A DNA stretch of 63,923 nucleotides, the filler included. It is 3 parts of 3 records of this genome, joined end to end, with 100 filler letters (N's around TTAATTAATTAA, not from the genome) between each part and the next. Parts side by side here need not be neighbours in the genome. Positions count along the whole stretch, not along the records: positions 24,529 to 48,917 come from SRR20825006_1068; 2 more parts are not named here. The stretch is one strand, 5' to 3'. The translations under genes were made by a program, and so were the position numbers. Positions 30,358 through 41,067 of the stretch are shown here, piece after piece (position 1 is the stretch's first letter; each line of letters opens with the position of its first letter). The notes beneath the pieces were generated by a model, which searched no databases, was not told the DNA's origin, and saw only the letters and a list, made by a program, of their open reading frames with translations.

Positions 30358-31386
30358 ATGAAAACGTTTTTACACTTCACATTGTTGATTTTCGCCTTTC
30401 AGATAATACATGCGCAATCTGAAACGGGGAGTATTGTCATTGATTCCATTTATTCGGAGCATTTGGTGAATGATTTTGGAGAGAACCCTACCCGGAAAGT
30501 AGGGGTATATCTTCCACCTAACTATGGAACCGAAACCAAAAAATATCCGGTCATCTATTTTTTACATGGATTTTATGGGGACCATACCCTATTGGAACCT
30601 ATGAAGGAAATTTTGGATTTTGCCATAGCCACTAAACGTATTCGACCCTTTATTCTAGTGATACCCGACCAAAAAACAACTTACGAGGGAAGTTTCTATT
30701 CCAATTCTGGAATTTTTGGAAACTGGGAAGATTTTACGGTAGAGGATTTGGTTGCCTATATGGACAAGAATTATCGTACCATCCCCAAAAAGGAAAGTCG
30801 TGGGATAACCGGGCATAGTATGGGCGGTTATGGAGCCTTGAATATTGCCATGAAACACCCCGATGTATTCAATACAGTGTACGCCATCAGTCCAGGAGCT
30901 CTGGCCATAGTTAGGGAATATGGCCCCAATAGCGACACCTTTAAGGAACTATCTGAAATATCCACCTATGAAGCATTGGAAAAAACCTACTTTGGAAAAG
31001 TAATGGTGGCATTTGCACGCTCATGGTCGCCGAATCCCAACAATCCGCCTTTTTATTGCGATTTTCCATTTGGATACGAAGATGGGGAATTGGTCATACA
31101 CCAAGAAATACTCAAAAAATGGCACGATAATATGCCGTTCTACAACCTTGAGAATTACATAGACAACTTGAAAAGTTTAAAGGCCATCAAAATGGATTGG
31201 GGTCGAAATGCAGGAGAACGCTTCACGCAACAATGCAAAATGTTCAGTATTAAATTGGAGAATCTGGGCATTGATCATTTTGCAGAAGAATATATCGGAA
31301 CCCATGTCAACAATATATACACGAAAGATGGGCGTATTCCACAACAGGTGTTGCCCTTTTTTGAATATTATCTGGAATTTAGATAA
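30358..31386 (+). CDS. Secreted alpha/beta-hydrolase esterase (Fes/CE1-like)
   Basis: Signal peptide, VYLPPNY, YPVIYFLHG, GHSMGG nucleophile elbow; TTG at 30355 is an alternative start. Confidence 0.85.
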   Translation: MKTFLHFTLLIFAFQIIHAQSETGSIVIDSIYSEHLVNDFGENPTRKVGVYLPPNYGTETKKYPVIYFLHGFYGDHTLLEPMKEILDFAIATKRIRPFILVIPDQKTTYEGSFYSNSGIFGNWEDFTVEDLVAYMDKNYRTIPKKESRGITGHSMGGYGALNIAMKHPDVFNTVYAISPGALAIVREYGPNSDTFKELSEISTYEALEKTYFGKVMVAFARSWSPNPNNPPFYCDFPFGYEDGELVIHQEILKKWHDNMPFYNLENYIDNLKSLKAIKMDWGRNAGERFTQQCKMFSIKLENLGIDHFAEEYIGTHVNNIYTKDGRIPQQVLPFFEYYLEFR

Positions 31387-31505
31387 CGACAATAAGGCTG
31401 TAGGTTAAACTGGGATATCAATATTCTTTACACTTGAATGATTGAGTAATTCATCAAACGGATTTTTCCAAAAAGTTATTTATCATCCATTTCTAAAATT
31501 ATCTA

Positions 31506-31519
31506 CGAAAACCATTTCG
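31506..31519. promoter_or_regulatory. Possible LacI-family operator upstream of xylB
   Basis: CGAAAACCATTTCG, an imperfect LacI-type palindrome (2 differences from CGAAAACGTTTTCG). Confidence 0.3.
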
Positions 31520-31697
31520 AAACGCTGATGATTAATTGGTGTTGTCATAAATTGCTGTAAAACAGTGAGTTAATTGATTTCTTTTGAACAGTTCAATTCG
31601 AGCCTAAACAATCTTGCTTTGGATTGTTTTAACTTAAAGAACACTTTTGAACTGGGCATTTTTTATATTTAACCATATAGTTCAACAATTAACTTTC

Positions 31698-33185
31698 ATG
31701 TATTATATAGGTATTGATTTGGGCAGTTCTTCAATAAAGATTGCACTGGTCGAAGCGTCCACAGGTAAAAAAGTAACGGTCGTACAGGAGCCGGAAGAAG
31801 AAATGTCCATGATGGCCACAAAACCAGGTTGGGCGGAACAAAGCCCCGAACTTTGGTGGGAATTGGTATGCAAGGGGATTAAAAGAATTTTAAAGGATCA
31901 TAAGATATCGCCGGCCAATATTTCAGGGTTGGGAATTGCATATCAAATGCATGGACTTGTTATTGTGGATACCGACGGCATACCACTAAGAAACTCCATT
32001 ATTTGGTGTGATAGTCGTGCCGTGGAAATTGGCAACCGTGCCTACAAGGAAATGGGCGAGGAAAAGTGTGATACCAGATTATTGAACGCCCCTGGAAATT
32101 TTACAGCATCCAAATTAGCCTGGGTCCGCGAAAATGAGCCCGAAGTGTTTGATAAAGTCTATAAATTTATGCTGCCCGGCGATTATATAGGGTACAGACT
32201 GACTGGTAAAATAGCTTCAACCATATCAGGTTTATCAGAAGGTGTTTTTTGGGATTTCGTGGAGAACCAGGTTTCCAAAGAGGTCCTAAAACATTATGGA
32301 ATTCCAGAATCCATGGTCCCCGATACGGTAGATACTTTTGGGAACCAAGGAGAGGTATCCAAAGAAGGTGCACAACAAAGCGGTCTATTGGAAGGTACAC
32401 CAATTTTGTATCGTTCAGGGGACCAGCCCAACAATGCACTGTCCCTTAACATTTTTGAACCGGGTGAAGTGGCTGCTACAGGCGGCACTTCGGGAGTAGT
32501 ATATGCCATTACGGACAATCTTTCGGTTAAGGAAAGCTCTCGGGTCAATAACTTTGCCCATGTCAACTATCGTCAGGATACTCACACTAGAATAGGAAAG
32601 CTGCTATGTATCAATGGGTCCGGTATACAATATAGATGGCTTCTGAACAACCTAGATGTATCCTCCTATGAAGAAATGAACGATTTGGCATCGAAAATAG
32701 GAATTGGTTCGGACGGACTCAGTATAATTCCCTTTGGTAACGGAGCTGAGCGTATGTTGAACAACCAAGATATCGGTACCCGCATTGTGAACCTTGACCT
32801 TAATAGACACTCAAAGGCACATCTCTGTCGGGCCGCCTTGGAGGGGATTGCATTTTCCTTTGTATACGGTATGGAAATCATGAGTTCGGATGGCGCAAAG
32901 GCAAAGGTTATAAGGGCAGGCAACGATAATCTATTTAGGTCTGCCATATTTGCCGGTACCATTTCTACCCTAATTCAAGAAGAAATAGAAATATACAATA
33001 CAACGGGCGCCATAGGTGCGGCCAGAGCATGTGCCATATATGAACATGGCCAAGAAAAGTTTACATCTTATATGGACAACGACCATGTGATGACCTATAG
33101 GCCCCATGAAAACAAGGAGCTCTATCAAAAGGCATATGAGAATTGGAAAAATGAACTACAACTAATATTAAAAACCAAAAAATAA
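31698..33185 (+). CDS. xylB: Xylulokinase (FGGY family)
   Basis: [29 protein letters not shown]; adjacent to xylA; ATG 31698 preferred over TTG 31647. Confidence 0.92.
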   Translation: MYYIGIDLGSSSIKIALVEASTGKKVTVVQEPEEEMSMMATKPGWAEQSPELWWELVCKGIKRILKDHKISPANISGLGIAYQMHGLVIVDTDGIPLRNSIIWCDSRAVEIGNRAYKEMGEEKCDTRLLNAPGNFTASKLAWVRENEPEVFDKVYKFMLPGDYIGYRLTGKIASTISGLSEGVFWDFVENQVSKEVLKHYGIPESMVPDTVDTFGNQGEVSKEGAQQSGLLEGTPILYRSGDQPNNALSLNIFEPGEVAATGGTSGVVYAITDNLSVKESSRVNNFAHVNYRQDTHTRIGKLLCINGSGIQYRWLLNNLDVSSYEEMNDLASKIGIGSDGLSIIPFGNGAERMLNNQDIGTRIVNLDLNRHSKAHLCRAALEGIAFSFVYGMEIMSSDGAKAKVIRAGNDNLFRSAIFAGTISTLIQEEIEIYNTTGAIGAARACAIYEHGQEKFTSYMDNDHVMTYRPHENKELYQKAYENWKNELQLILKTKK

Positions 33186-34510
33186 TGGCACATTTAGGCA
33201 ACAAAGAATATTTCACCGGAATAGGTGATATTAAATTTGAAGGAAAGGAATCCGACAACCCTTTGGCATTTAAATTTTATAATCCGGACCAAGTGGTGGC
33301 GGGCAAAACCATGAGGGAACATTTTAAGTTTGCCATGGCTTATTGGCATACGCTATGTGGAACAGGGGGAGACCCTTTTGGACCTGGCACCAAACAGTTT
33401 CCATGGTCTGTGGATAAAGACCCAATTAAGGCAGCAAAGGATAAGGCCGATGCCGCTTTCGAGTTTGTGACCAAAATGGGATTCGATTATTATTGCTTCC
33501 ATGATTTTGACTTGGTGGATGAGGCAGATTCTTTGGCCGAATCCGAAAAACGATTGTCTACCATAGTGGATTATTTGAAGGAAAAGCAATCTGCCTCTGG
33601 TGTAAAATTGCTCTGGGGCACCGCCAATTGCTTTTCAAACCCTCGTTACATGAACGGTGCAGCTTCCAATCCCAATTTTGATGTACTGGCCTATGCCGGT
33701 GCACAAGTGAAAATGGCTCTGGACGCTACTATTGCACTTGGAGGTGAAAATTATGTGTTTTGGGGAGGTCGTGAAGGATACATGTCTCTATTGAACACGG
33801 ATATGAAACGGGAGCAGGACAATATAGGCCGATTTTTGGGCATGGCTCGGGACTATGCTCGCAAGCAAGGTTTCAAAGGAACTTTCTTTATCGAGCCAAA
33901 ACCGATGGAACCCACAAAACATCAATATGACTTTGATGCTGCTACCTCTATCAACTCTATACGGGAATACGGACTGGAGGATGATTTTAAGCTCAATATT
34001 GAAGTGAACCACGCCACCTTGGCACAACACACCTTTCAACACGAACTACAAGTCGCAGCCAATGCGGGGATGCTTGGAAGTATCGATGCTAACCGGGGTG
34101 ACTATCAAAATGGTTGGGACACCGACCAGTTCCCTAATAATGTGCTAGAGGTAACCGAAGCCATGTTGGTCTTCCTCAAATCGGGTGGATTGCAAGGCGG
34201 AGGTGTCAATTTTGACGCCAAAACACGAAGAAACAGTACCGATATGGAGGATATTTTCTATGCCCACATAGGAGGCGCGGACACCTTTGCCAGGGCACTT
34301 TTGGCCGCTAATGCAATCATTGAGGAATCTTCATACGAAGAACTTTTAAGTCAAAGGTATGCATCTTTTCAAGAGGGTAAAGGAGCTGAGTTCAGCTCAG
34401 GAAAATTGGAATTTTCCGATCTTTTTAAGCATGCTCTCGAAACAGGTGAGCCAAAACAGATTAGTGGCAAACAAGAGTTGTTCGAGAACATTGTTGGGAG
34501 ATTTGTTTAG
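33185..34510 (+). CDS. xylA: Xylose isomerase (class II)
   Basis: [49 protein letters not shown]. Confidence 0.98.
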   Translation: MAHLGNKEYFTGIGDIKFEGKESDNPLAFKFYNPDQVVAGKTMREHFKFAMAYWHTLCGTGGDPFGPGTKQFPWSVDKDPIKAAKDKADAAFEFVTKMGFDYYCFHDFDLVDEADSLAESEKRLSTIVDYLKEKQSASGVKLLWGTANCFSNPRYMNGAASNPNFDVLAYAGAQVKMALDATIALGGENYVFWGGREGYMSLLNTDMKREQDNIGRFLGMARDYARKQGFKGTFFIEPKPMEPTKHQYDFDAATSINSIREYGLEDDFKLNIEVNHATLAQHTFQHELQVAANAGMLGSIDANRGDYQNGWDTDQFPNNVLEVTEAMLVFLKSGGLQGGGVNFDAKTRRNSTDMEDIFYAHIGGADTFARALLAANAIIEESSYEELLSQRYASFQEGKGAEFSSGKLEFSDLFKHALETGEPKQISGKQELFENIVGRFV

Positions 34511-34543
34511 TACTCCAAATAATTAAAATTCACGTTTATACTG

Positions 34544-34581
34544 ACCGCCCATTGAATTTTTTAAAATTCTGAATGGGCGGT
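34544..34581 (+). terminator. Terminator hairpin after xylA
   Basis: ACCGCCCATT...AATGGGCGGT 10-bp stem followed by TT. Confidence 0.6.
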
Positions 34582-34677
34582 TTGCCGTTAACTAAATTTC
34601 TTCTGGAATGCTCCTGCCCTAAAGATGGTTTCGATGATATTAAATTGCTATCTTTTAGAGCTATATTTATGGTATCC

Positions 34678-35715
34678 ATGAAAAAGTTGACCCTAAAGGC
34701 CATTGCTGCCCATTTTAATGTATCTGTATCCACGGTTTCCAAAGCTATAAACGATAGCCATGAAATTAGTGAGGAGCTTAAGGTCAAGATCAGGAAATTT
34801 GCCAAACAGAACCACTACAAGCCCAATCGTGTAGCCCTCAACCTTTTGAATAGGAACACCAAGACAATTGGCGTGGTGATCCCTAATATTTTGAACTATT
34901 TTTTTGTCCAGGTCCTATTTGGTATAGAACAGGTTGCCGATGAAAGGGGATATAGTATTATTACCTGCAGTACCAATGAATCTTTGGGAAAGGAGGTTAA
35001 GATTCTGGACTTCTTATGCTCAGGATCAGTGGACGGGGTTATTATTTCTACTGTTGCAGGAGAAGCTCAATTGTCCGAACACATTGCACATTTTGAGGAA
35101 TTGTTACAAAAGCAGATTCCATTGGTCATGTTTGATAGGGTAACCGAAATGATCGAGTGTGACAAAGTGGTCGTGGACGATATTGAGGCCGGTTACAAGG
35201 CCACAAAACATTTTTTGGAAACAGGGTGCCGCTCTTTGGCCATCATAAACCCAATCCCCAATTCTTCAATAGGTCGGTTAAGGATTGAAGGTTTTAAAAG
35301 AGCATTGAAGGAACAAGGCATTCCTTTTGATTCAGATATGGTGGTATCGCTCGGAGTTGAGGATGATCTAGAACTTACTCTTTCACTTTCTTTGAACTTG
35401 AAAGCACTAAATGGAATTTTGGTCTTTGATGAGATTACTACCGTTAAGGTAATGGACCTTTTGCGCTCCAAGGGCTTTTTGATACCAAAGGATATCTCTG
35501 TAATCGGGTTTACCAATGGAGAACTATCAAGATACGCCAGTCCACCAGTAACAATGATCAGTCAGCATGGGCGATTTATCGGGGAGACCTCTGCCAATAA
35601 ATTGATTGATAGGATAGAGGGAAAGGACGATAAAGCGAAGTTTGAAACTAAGACTATAAAAACAAGTCTTGTGGTAAGGCAATCCACGCTTAGTATGGAA
35701 CAACAAAATTCTTGA
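34678..35715 (+). CDS. LacI-family transcriptional regulator
   Basis: MKKLTLKAIA..FNVSVSTVSKA HTH, YKPN, PLVMFDR, IPKDISVIGF; ATG 34669 is an alternative start. Confidence 0.93.
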   Translation: MKKLTLKAIAAHFNVSVSTVSKAINDSHEISEELKVKIRKFAKQNHYKPNRVALNLLNRNTKTIGVVIPNILNYFFVQVLFGIEQVADERGYSIITCSTNESLGKEVKILDFLCSGSVDGVIISTVAGEAQLSEHIAHFEELLQKQIPLVMFDRVTEMIECDKVVVDDIEAGYKATKHFLETGCRSLAIINPIPNSSIGRLRIEGFKRALKEQGIPFDSDMVVSLGVEDDLELTLSLSLNLKALNGILVFDEITTVKVMDLLRSKGFLIPKDISVIGFTNGELSRYASPPVTMISQHGRFIGETSANKLIDRIEGKDDKAKFETKTIKTSLVVRQSTLSMEQQNS

Positions 35716-36046
35716 AGTATAAGCGAAGAATATTGGGATGATGGAATTTGCAACGCCCCTGTTTATTAGGCTAGTTTATCTTTCAAGAATTAGTAAAACG
35801 TTTCATCATCAACAATCAAACTAATTCCGGCAATGTCTTTAGCAAAAGTTAGAAGATACTGCGTTTAGTGGCAAAACCAATCCATGTACTGGCAATCCAG
35901 CTAAGTAACCAGTTTTTTTAAAGATTGTAAGTGCTGTTTTGATTACCGTTGTGGTCAGCCAATATTCCAACAAACATCAAGAGAGCAATAATGCTCTCCT
36001 GAATTGTAGGGTATGCTCCTTGGTCTACTTTAATATTTCAGCTGGT

Positions 36047-37357
36047 TTATTTCGATGAATCCCCAATATTTCTATAAACCTTTCCGCCCTTCATTACAAA
36101 GACCACATTATCCATGGTGGAAATAAAATCATTTTCCAGATTTCCTTTTACTGCAATAATATCCGCATATGCCATAGGACTTATTGTGCCGATGTCCTTT
36201 TCTTTATTTAAGTGCATAGCAGAAATATAAGTGGCGGACTGCAGGATATCAAGGGGTTTCATGCCGGCCTCAAAATAGGTTCGCAGCATATCTGTGGATG
36301 ATTTACCACGACTGACTTCCATTTTGGTATAATTATCGGAACCTGCCACAATGGGAACCCCTTTTTCAATAGCTGTCATTAACCTCTTTTTTCCTCTACT
36401 AATATATCCATTCACCCAATCCATGCCATCTAAGTCATCACCTATTAATTTGGCGTAAGTTTCCATATAAGACCTGCTGTTTTCCGTAGGAACAAGAAAA
36501 ATCTTTTTTTTAGCCATGAGGGTCAATGTAGAATCGGTTAAGTTGAATCCATGTTCAATACCGTCCACACCAGCCTCTATGGCATTTCTTGCAGATTCAT
36601 TGGTAATACAGTGTGCAGTTACAGTGAGGTCATATGCATGGGCCATTTCAACTATGGCAGACATTTCTTCTATGGTCAAAAATGCTTTGTTGGGAAGGTT
36701 GTCCGCACAAATTTTAATGAGGTCCACATTTTGGTTAACGTGTTCCCGGACAGCATTTTTTGCATCTTCAGAAGATTTAATGATTCTATATTCCAGATCA
36801 ATAATATTTTGATGCTGATGTGTTACTCCATAAACTTGACCTCCAACAGCACTTAAAATAGGGCCGGCGGCAAAGATTCGTGGACCATCAATGGTTCCCT
36901 CATTAATTGCATCGCGAAGGGCCACATCCAAATACAGCCCAGAATTGCCCAAATCCTTAATACTGGTGATTCCTTCCTCTAGATAGCTTTCTGCTCTTTT
37001 GGCTCCCCGTAAAGCCCGTAATGCATCACTTTCCATGGTAAGGGTCTGTATACTGTGGTCTGCAAAATCTTCATTGGCCTCTTGGGAAAAAAGAACATGG
37101 GTATGAGCATCGATCAATCCGGGAAGAACTGTATAATCGGACAGGTCAATTACCTTTTTGTCTTTGTCCATCTTACGGAACCCGGTAATGGATTTTATTG
37201 TGGAGCCTTGAATATGAATAATCTTGTTGGGCAATAATTGATTGCTCTTACTGTCATACAAAAAGCCGGCCTTGATGAAAACATCACTTTGTTGCCCAAT
37301 TGATTTGGTGTGAGGGTATAAGAAAATCAGCAGGAAAATAACGAGTACTCTGGTCAT
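36047..37357 (-). CDS. Secreted amidohydrolase-family protein (Xaa-Pro dipeptidase-like)
   Basis: LPGLIDAHTH, IKI, AH, IEHG, AGSD, ADIIAV.GN. Confidence 0.88.
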   Translation of the reverse strand: MTRVLVIFLLIFLYPHTKSIGQQSDVFIKAGFLYDSKSNQLLPNKIIHIQGSTIKSITGFRKMDKDKKVIDLSDYTVLPGLIDAHTHVLFSQEANEDFADHSIQTLTMESDALRALRGAKRAESYLEEGITSIKDLGNSGLYLDVALRDAINEGTIDGPRIFAAGPILSAVGGQVYGVTHQHQNIIDLEYRIIKSSEDAKNAVREHVNQNVDLIKICADNLPNKAFLTIEEMSAIVEMAHAYDLTVTAHCITNESARNAIEAGVDGIEHGFNLTDSTLTLMAKKKIFLVPTENSRSYMETYAKLIGDDLDGMDWVNGYISRGKKRLMTAIEKGVPIVAGSDNYTKMEVSRGKSSTDMLRTYFEAGMKPLDILQSATYISAMHLNKEKDIGTISPMAYADIIAVKGNLENDFISTMDNVVFVMKGGKVYRNIGDSSK

Positions 37358-37393
37358 GTCCAGCTCAATTTAAGAAATTTTTTACGGCTATAC

Positions 37394-38041
37394 TTAGTTT
37401 TCATCAATCACATTTCCGCTTCCCAAGATATTTTTGGTTACGTGTGGATTTCCTTTGTAGAATACTTTGGCACTGCCATCGATTTTCACATCAAGTTCGT
37501 CCGTACAGCTGATTTCTACATCTCCGGAACCCATAATAGCTATTGAACACTTATCGGCTAAAAATGAAAATCCGGAAATTCTGCCACTTCCTTCGTTTTC
37601 TATACGTAATGTGTTTGATGTTCCTGAGAGACTGATGTCGCCAGAACCCAAATTATCCAAATAAAACTCTGGACTTTCCACGTTGGCAACTTTCAATGTG
37701 CCAGAACCTTTATTGGCAACACCGTTCAATCCTTTTGCCATAATTTCGACGCTGACATCAATATTTTTATAGTTATGTCCCGAAGTAAGGTAAATTTCCA
37801 AGACACCGTCTTTGATTTCTGTTTTAACAAGGCCGATGATGTTGTCATCGGCCGTTATTTTTACACTTTGGGCATTACCTTGAACAATGTTCACATTTGC
37901 TATTCCATCCACTGAAATAGCGATAAATGCATTGAGTTCCCTGTTTTCAGTAGTGAGCACACCTGAACCGGAGATATCATCCGATGTACATGATACAAGG
38001 GACATCACTACTAATACTATTCCAACAATACTATTCTTCAT
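37394..38041 (-). CDS. Head GIN domain (DUF2807) lipoprotein
   Basis: Lipobox LVSC, repeated GSG motifs, C-terminal Y.GNP. Confidence 0.88.
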   Translation of the reverse strand: MKNSIVGIVLVVMSLVSCTSDDISGSGVLTTENRELNAFIAISVDGIANVNIVQGNAQSVKITADDNIIGLVKTEIKDGVLEIYLTSGHNYKNIDVSVEIMAKGLNGVANKGSGTLKVANVESPEFYLDNLGSGDISLSGTSNTLRIENEGSGRISGFSFLADKCSIAIMGSGDVEISCTDELDVKIDGSAKVFYKGNPHVTKNILGSGNVIDEN

Positions 38042-38044
38042 TTT

Positions 38045-38824
38045 CTATTTTGATTGATTTTCCTTGCTTATGTCCTTGAAAAAAAGCATTTCTTTAATTC
38101 TTTTTGAAGCTCCATCATAGAATCCAGTTTCATGTGAATAACCCTTGGGGTTATTGAAAGTGCCAAAGATGATATCGAAAATGGGCAGGTCGGAATAATT
38201 GTACGCATGTATACCCTTGGCATGGTGCACGGTATGGCTTTCAGGTCGTTGGATGAGATATCCTAACCATTGCGGGGTAACAATATTACTGTGCTGAAAA
38301 ATGCCCAAAAACACGGTAGTCAATAAGATAATGGTGGACGCTCCAGGGGTAAAACCAGTAATTCCAACTAGGCAAAGACTTCCTAAAAGCGTAAAACCTG
38401 CCATGTCCATTGGGCTAAAGTAAAAGGCACCGTACGTATCTATACGTTCTGCACTATGGTGCATTTGATGGAAAACTTTCCACAGAAAATCGCTTTTATG
38501 AAGGCTGTAATGCCAAAGAAACAGGCCAAATTCATAAATAACTACACCTACTACCGCACCTCCTAAATCTCCCAAGAAGGACAAATCAAAAAGCTGGTAT
38601 TTAGATATATAACCGTCCCAAATTAGAGGTAAATAACTGGATAGGTAAAAAAACACTCCGAAAGTGAGCAGTCCTCTGGTTTTCCAATTCTTGACCTTTG
38701 GTAGCTCCCTGGCAGGAAACAACGCCTCCCAAATCATTAAGCTTGCATACATCCCCAAGACAACCAAGGAGATAGGGTCCAATAAAATTTCTAGCGGTGT
38801 AGGTAAATTTTGTAGTGTCTCCAT
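38045..38824 (-). CDS. Sterol desaturase / fatty acid hydroxylase superfamily protein
   Basis: His boxes HYSLH, HQMHHS, QHSN, HTVHH; DIIFGTF. Confidence 0.9.
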   Translation of the reverse strand: METLQNLPTPLEILLDPISLVVLGMYASLMIWEALFPARELPKVKNWKTRGLLTFGVFFYLSSYLPLIWDGYISKYQLFDLSFLGDLGGAVVGVVIYEFGLFLWHYSLHKSDFLWKVFHQMHHSAERIDTYGAFYFSPMDMAGFTLLGSLCLVGITGFTPGASTIILLTTVFLGIFQHSNIVTPQWLGYLIQRPESHTVHHAKGIHAYNYSDLPIFDIIFGTFNNPKGYSHETGFYDGASKRIKEMLFFKDISKENQSK

Positions 38825-38829
38825 GATTG

Positions 38830-38937
38830 TTAAATTTTAGATTTAAACTTAGCGTTGAACTCCATTTTCCTTCTCTTCTTTATGGCCCATAATCCTTCAT
38901 TGGATTGATAGGCCTCAATAAATAATTGTCGTTTCAT
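38830..38937 (-). CDS. Putative 35-aa small protein
   Basis: MKRQLFIEAYQSNEGLWAIKKRRKMEFNAKFKSKI*; A-rich leader (TCAATTAAAA-ATG); stop 5 nt before the desaturase ATG. Confidence 0.5.
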   Translation of the reverse strand: MKRQLFIEAYQSNEGLWAIKKRRKMEFNAKFKSKI

Positions 38938-39069
38938 TTTTAATTGATTTTTGAATTGATGAATAAACACGGGTGTATCCCGCTGATTTTGAGAGCGCAA
39001 ACCTAGCGTGACAATTTTAAATCAAAAAAAAGGGGGAGGTATATGGAGTGTACAGCGTAAGAATAAGAA

Positions 39070-39107
39070 GTAGACTTGATTGCCTATCAGGTAGACATCA
39101 GGTAGAC
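39070..39107. promoter_or_regulatory. Helically phased direct repeats, candidate LuxR-HTH activator site
   Basis: GTAGAC at 39070, 39091 and 39102; perfect tandem ATCAGGTAGAC x2. Confidence 0.55.
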
Positions 39108-39156
39108 AAAATGTATTCTGAATATTGTAAAATATTGAAAATCAATAAATTATTTT

Positions 39157-40815
39157 TTATTTAAAATCCAACAAAAAATCAAACAAATCTGTTTCAGGAG
39201 ACAGGTTCAACTTTTTTCTGAGCCTGTAGCGAGCTGTTTTTGTACTCTCCGGGGAGATGCCGAGGATGTTGGAAGCCTCTTTGATGGATAAATTGAGCCT
39301 GGTGAGGGCGGCAACTTTTAAGTCATTTGCACTTAAATCGGGGAATTGTAGCTTCAAGTTGGTGAAAAATTCAGGATGTACATTTTCAAAATGTTGCTTA
39401 AAGTCTTCCCAATCCTTTTCCTTGCCCTGATTTATTTTTATGGTTCTTTCCATATCGGTCATAATTTTGCTGACCTGATTTAATGTAGTTGCTTTTTTTG
39501 CATCTTGTATTTTGTTCTGGAACTCATCCAATAACTGATTTTTTTGAACAAAGTTCATGGCATATGAAGTAAGTTCCCGGTTTTTGGTATCCAGTTCACC
39601 CTCAAGGTCCATACCTTTGAGCTGTTGGTTTTCCAGTTCTTTTTGGGCAATAATATTTTGTTGTTCCAGCAAATGTTTTTGGTTTTTTGAACGTTGCCTC
39701 ATGCTTTTGATCAGGAAGAAAGATAATAGGGCAATGATCCAAATACCGCCGATCAATATCCATTGTATGATTTTGCTCAATTGCTGCCTTTTGGAAAGCT
39801 GTTCCAGTTCGTTTGTCTTTTGCTCCAGTTCGTTCCTGAATTCCAAACCGGCAATTTGATGGGATTTTTTAATGGTAAAGAGAGAATCCTTTAAATCTAC
39901 ATATCGGGAGAAATAGTATAAGGCCGAGTCGTTTTGTTGGGTCTGTCTTTTAAGATCTGCCAAATTTTTTAAAATTGACAATTGATAATTTTTCAGGTTC
40001 ATTTCATTGGCCCTGCTCAGTGCTAGCTTAAAATGCATGTCGGCCAACTCATACTCTTTTTCCATGGTAAACATTCTGCCAAATTGAAGCAGGTTGCTCA
40101 CCATACCATCTTTATCGTCTATTCTTCGCCCAAGAGTCAACGATTGCCTAAAATGGTAATTGGCCTGTTCTAGGTCGCCCTGTTCCAAATATACACGGCC
40201 CAACCGATTGTGGGCCTCTGCCATACCATATTGAAAATTGTTTTTGGTATGAATATTAAGTGCATTGCTGATATTGGTGTGGGCTTTGTCCAACCGCCCT
40301 GTTTCCATTTGTAGGGTCCCCAACTTTGTATACGCAGTGGCAACTCTGTTATCCAAATTTAGCTGACTAAATCCATTGATGGCCTCGCGGTAATTTTTAA
40401 GGGCCAACGAATCTTCATCGATATCGGCATACACCATGCCTATATTTAATTTTATGTTGGAGACCCCCTCAAGGTCATTTAAGCCTTCATACAGTTCCAG
40501 TCCTTCATAAAGATCAAAGAGAGCATTTTTTGACTCACCGAGCGTCCAATGTCCTACTCCTGACACCCTTTTGGCGAAAGCGGCACCCTTGGAATACTTT
40601 ATTTCATCAGCCAATGCATAGGCTTGCTGGCCCAACTTCACTGACTCCGCGGGGTCCCTTATCCATAAATCATACCCCTGTTGGGCTATGCTATCGATTA
40701 TTTTTGTCTCGGGACTTGTTTGTTGGTGGTTTGGTTTGTCTTGTGAAAAGATACTGAAGCTAAAAACAAGCCAAAACAACAATGTCCAGAAACAGTTTGT
40801 AATGCGAGGTTCCAT
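39157..40815 (-). CDS. Membrane-anchored TPR sensor with C-terminal LuxR-type HTH
   Basis: Signal peptide after MEPRIT, TPR repeats, one TM, coiled coil, LSANDLKV..L.RLNLSIKEA..ILGISPES..TARYRLRKKL; ATG 40815 preferred over 41046. Confidence 0.88.
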   Translation of the reverse strand: MEPRITNCFWTLLFWLVFSFSIFSQDKPNHQQTSPETKIIDSIAQQGYDLWIRDPAESVKLGQQAYALADEIKYSKGAAFAKRVSGVGHWTLGESKNALFDLYEGLELYEGLNDLEGVSNIKLNIGMVYADIDEDSLALKNYREAINGFSQLNLDNRVATAYTKLGTLQMETGRLDKAHTNISNALNIHTKNNFQYGMAEAHNRLGRVYLEQGDLEQANYHFRQSLTLGRRIDDKDGMVSNLLQFGRMFTMEKEYELADMHFKLALSRANEMNLKNYQLSILKNLADLKRQTQQNDSALYYFSRYVDLKDSLFTIKKSHQIAGLEFRNELEQKTNELEQLSKRQQLSKIIQWILIGGIWIIALLSFFLIKSMRQRSKNQKHLLEQQNIIAQKELENQQLKGMDLEGELDTKNRELTSYAMNFVQKNQLLDEFQNKIQDAKKATTLNQVSKIMTDMERTIKINQGKEKDWEDFKQHFENVHPEFFTNLKLQFPDLSANDLKVAALTRLNLSIKEASNILGISPESTKTARYRLRKKLNLSPETDLFDFLLDFK

Positions 40816-41067
40816 TACTGGCTGATTTAGATATTTTGGATTAAAAATTCTAAAATTAAAGAATTGTATTGAATTGAAAATCCTATTGTTATCAAATGGC
40901 AAAATATGACTGAAATGGAAATAATCGTAGCGCAAGGAAACCTGTCCCTTTGGCTGTTGTGGTTTATTTTCTATAATTGGCTCCACTTCTGCCATTGGTT
41001 GGGAAAGGAGCACTATCAAAAAATGTACAAGGTTCAACTTTTGCAATGATGGAGTTTCATAACTACT

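Noticed and set aside
35716-36046. Possible pseudogene remnant between lacI and the amidohydrolase
   Set aside because: Only short interrupted frames; no recognisable family
40816-41046. 77-aa N-terminal extension of the TPR-LuxR ORF
   Set aside because: The signal peptide begins after Met at 40815; the extension reads like AT-rich intergenic DNA
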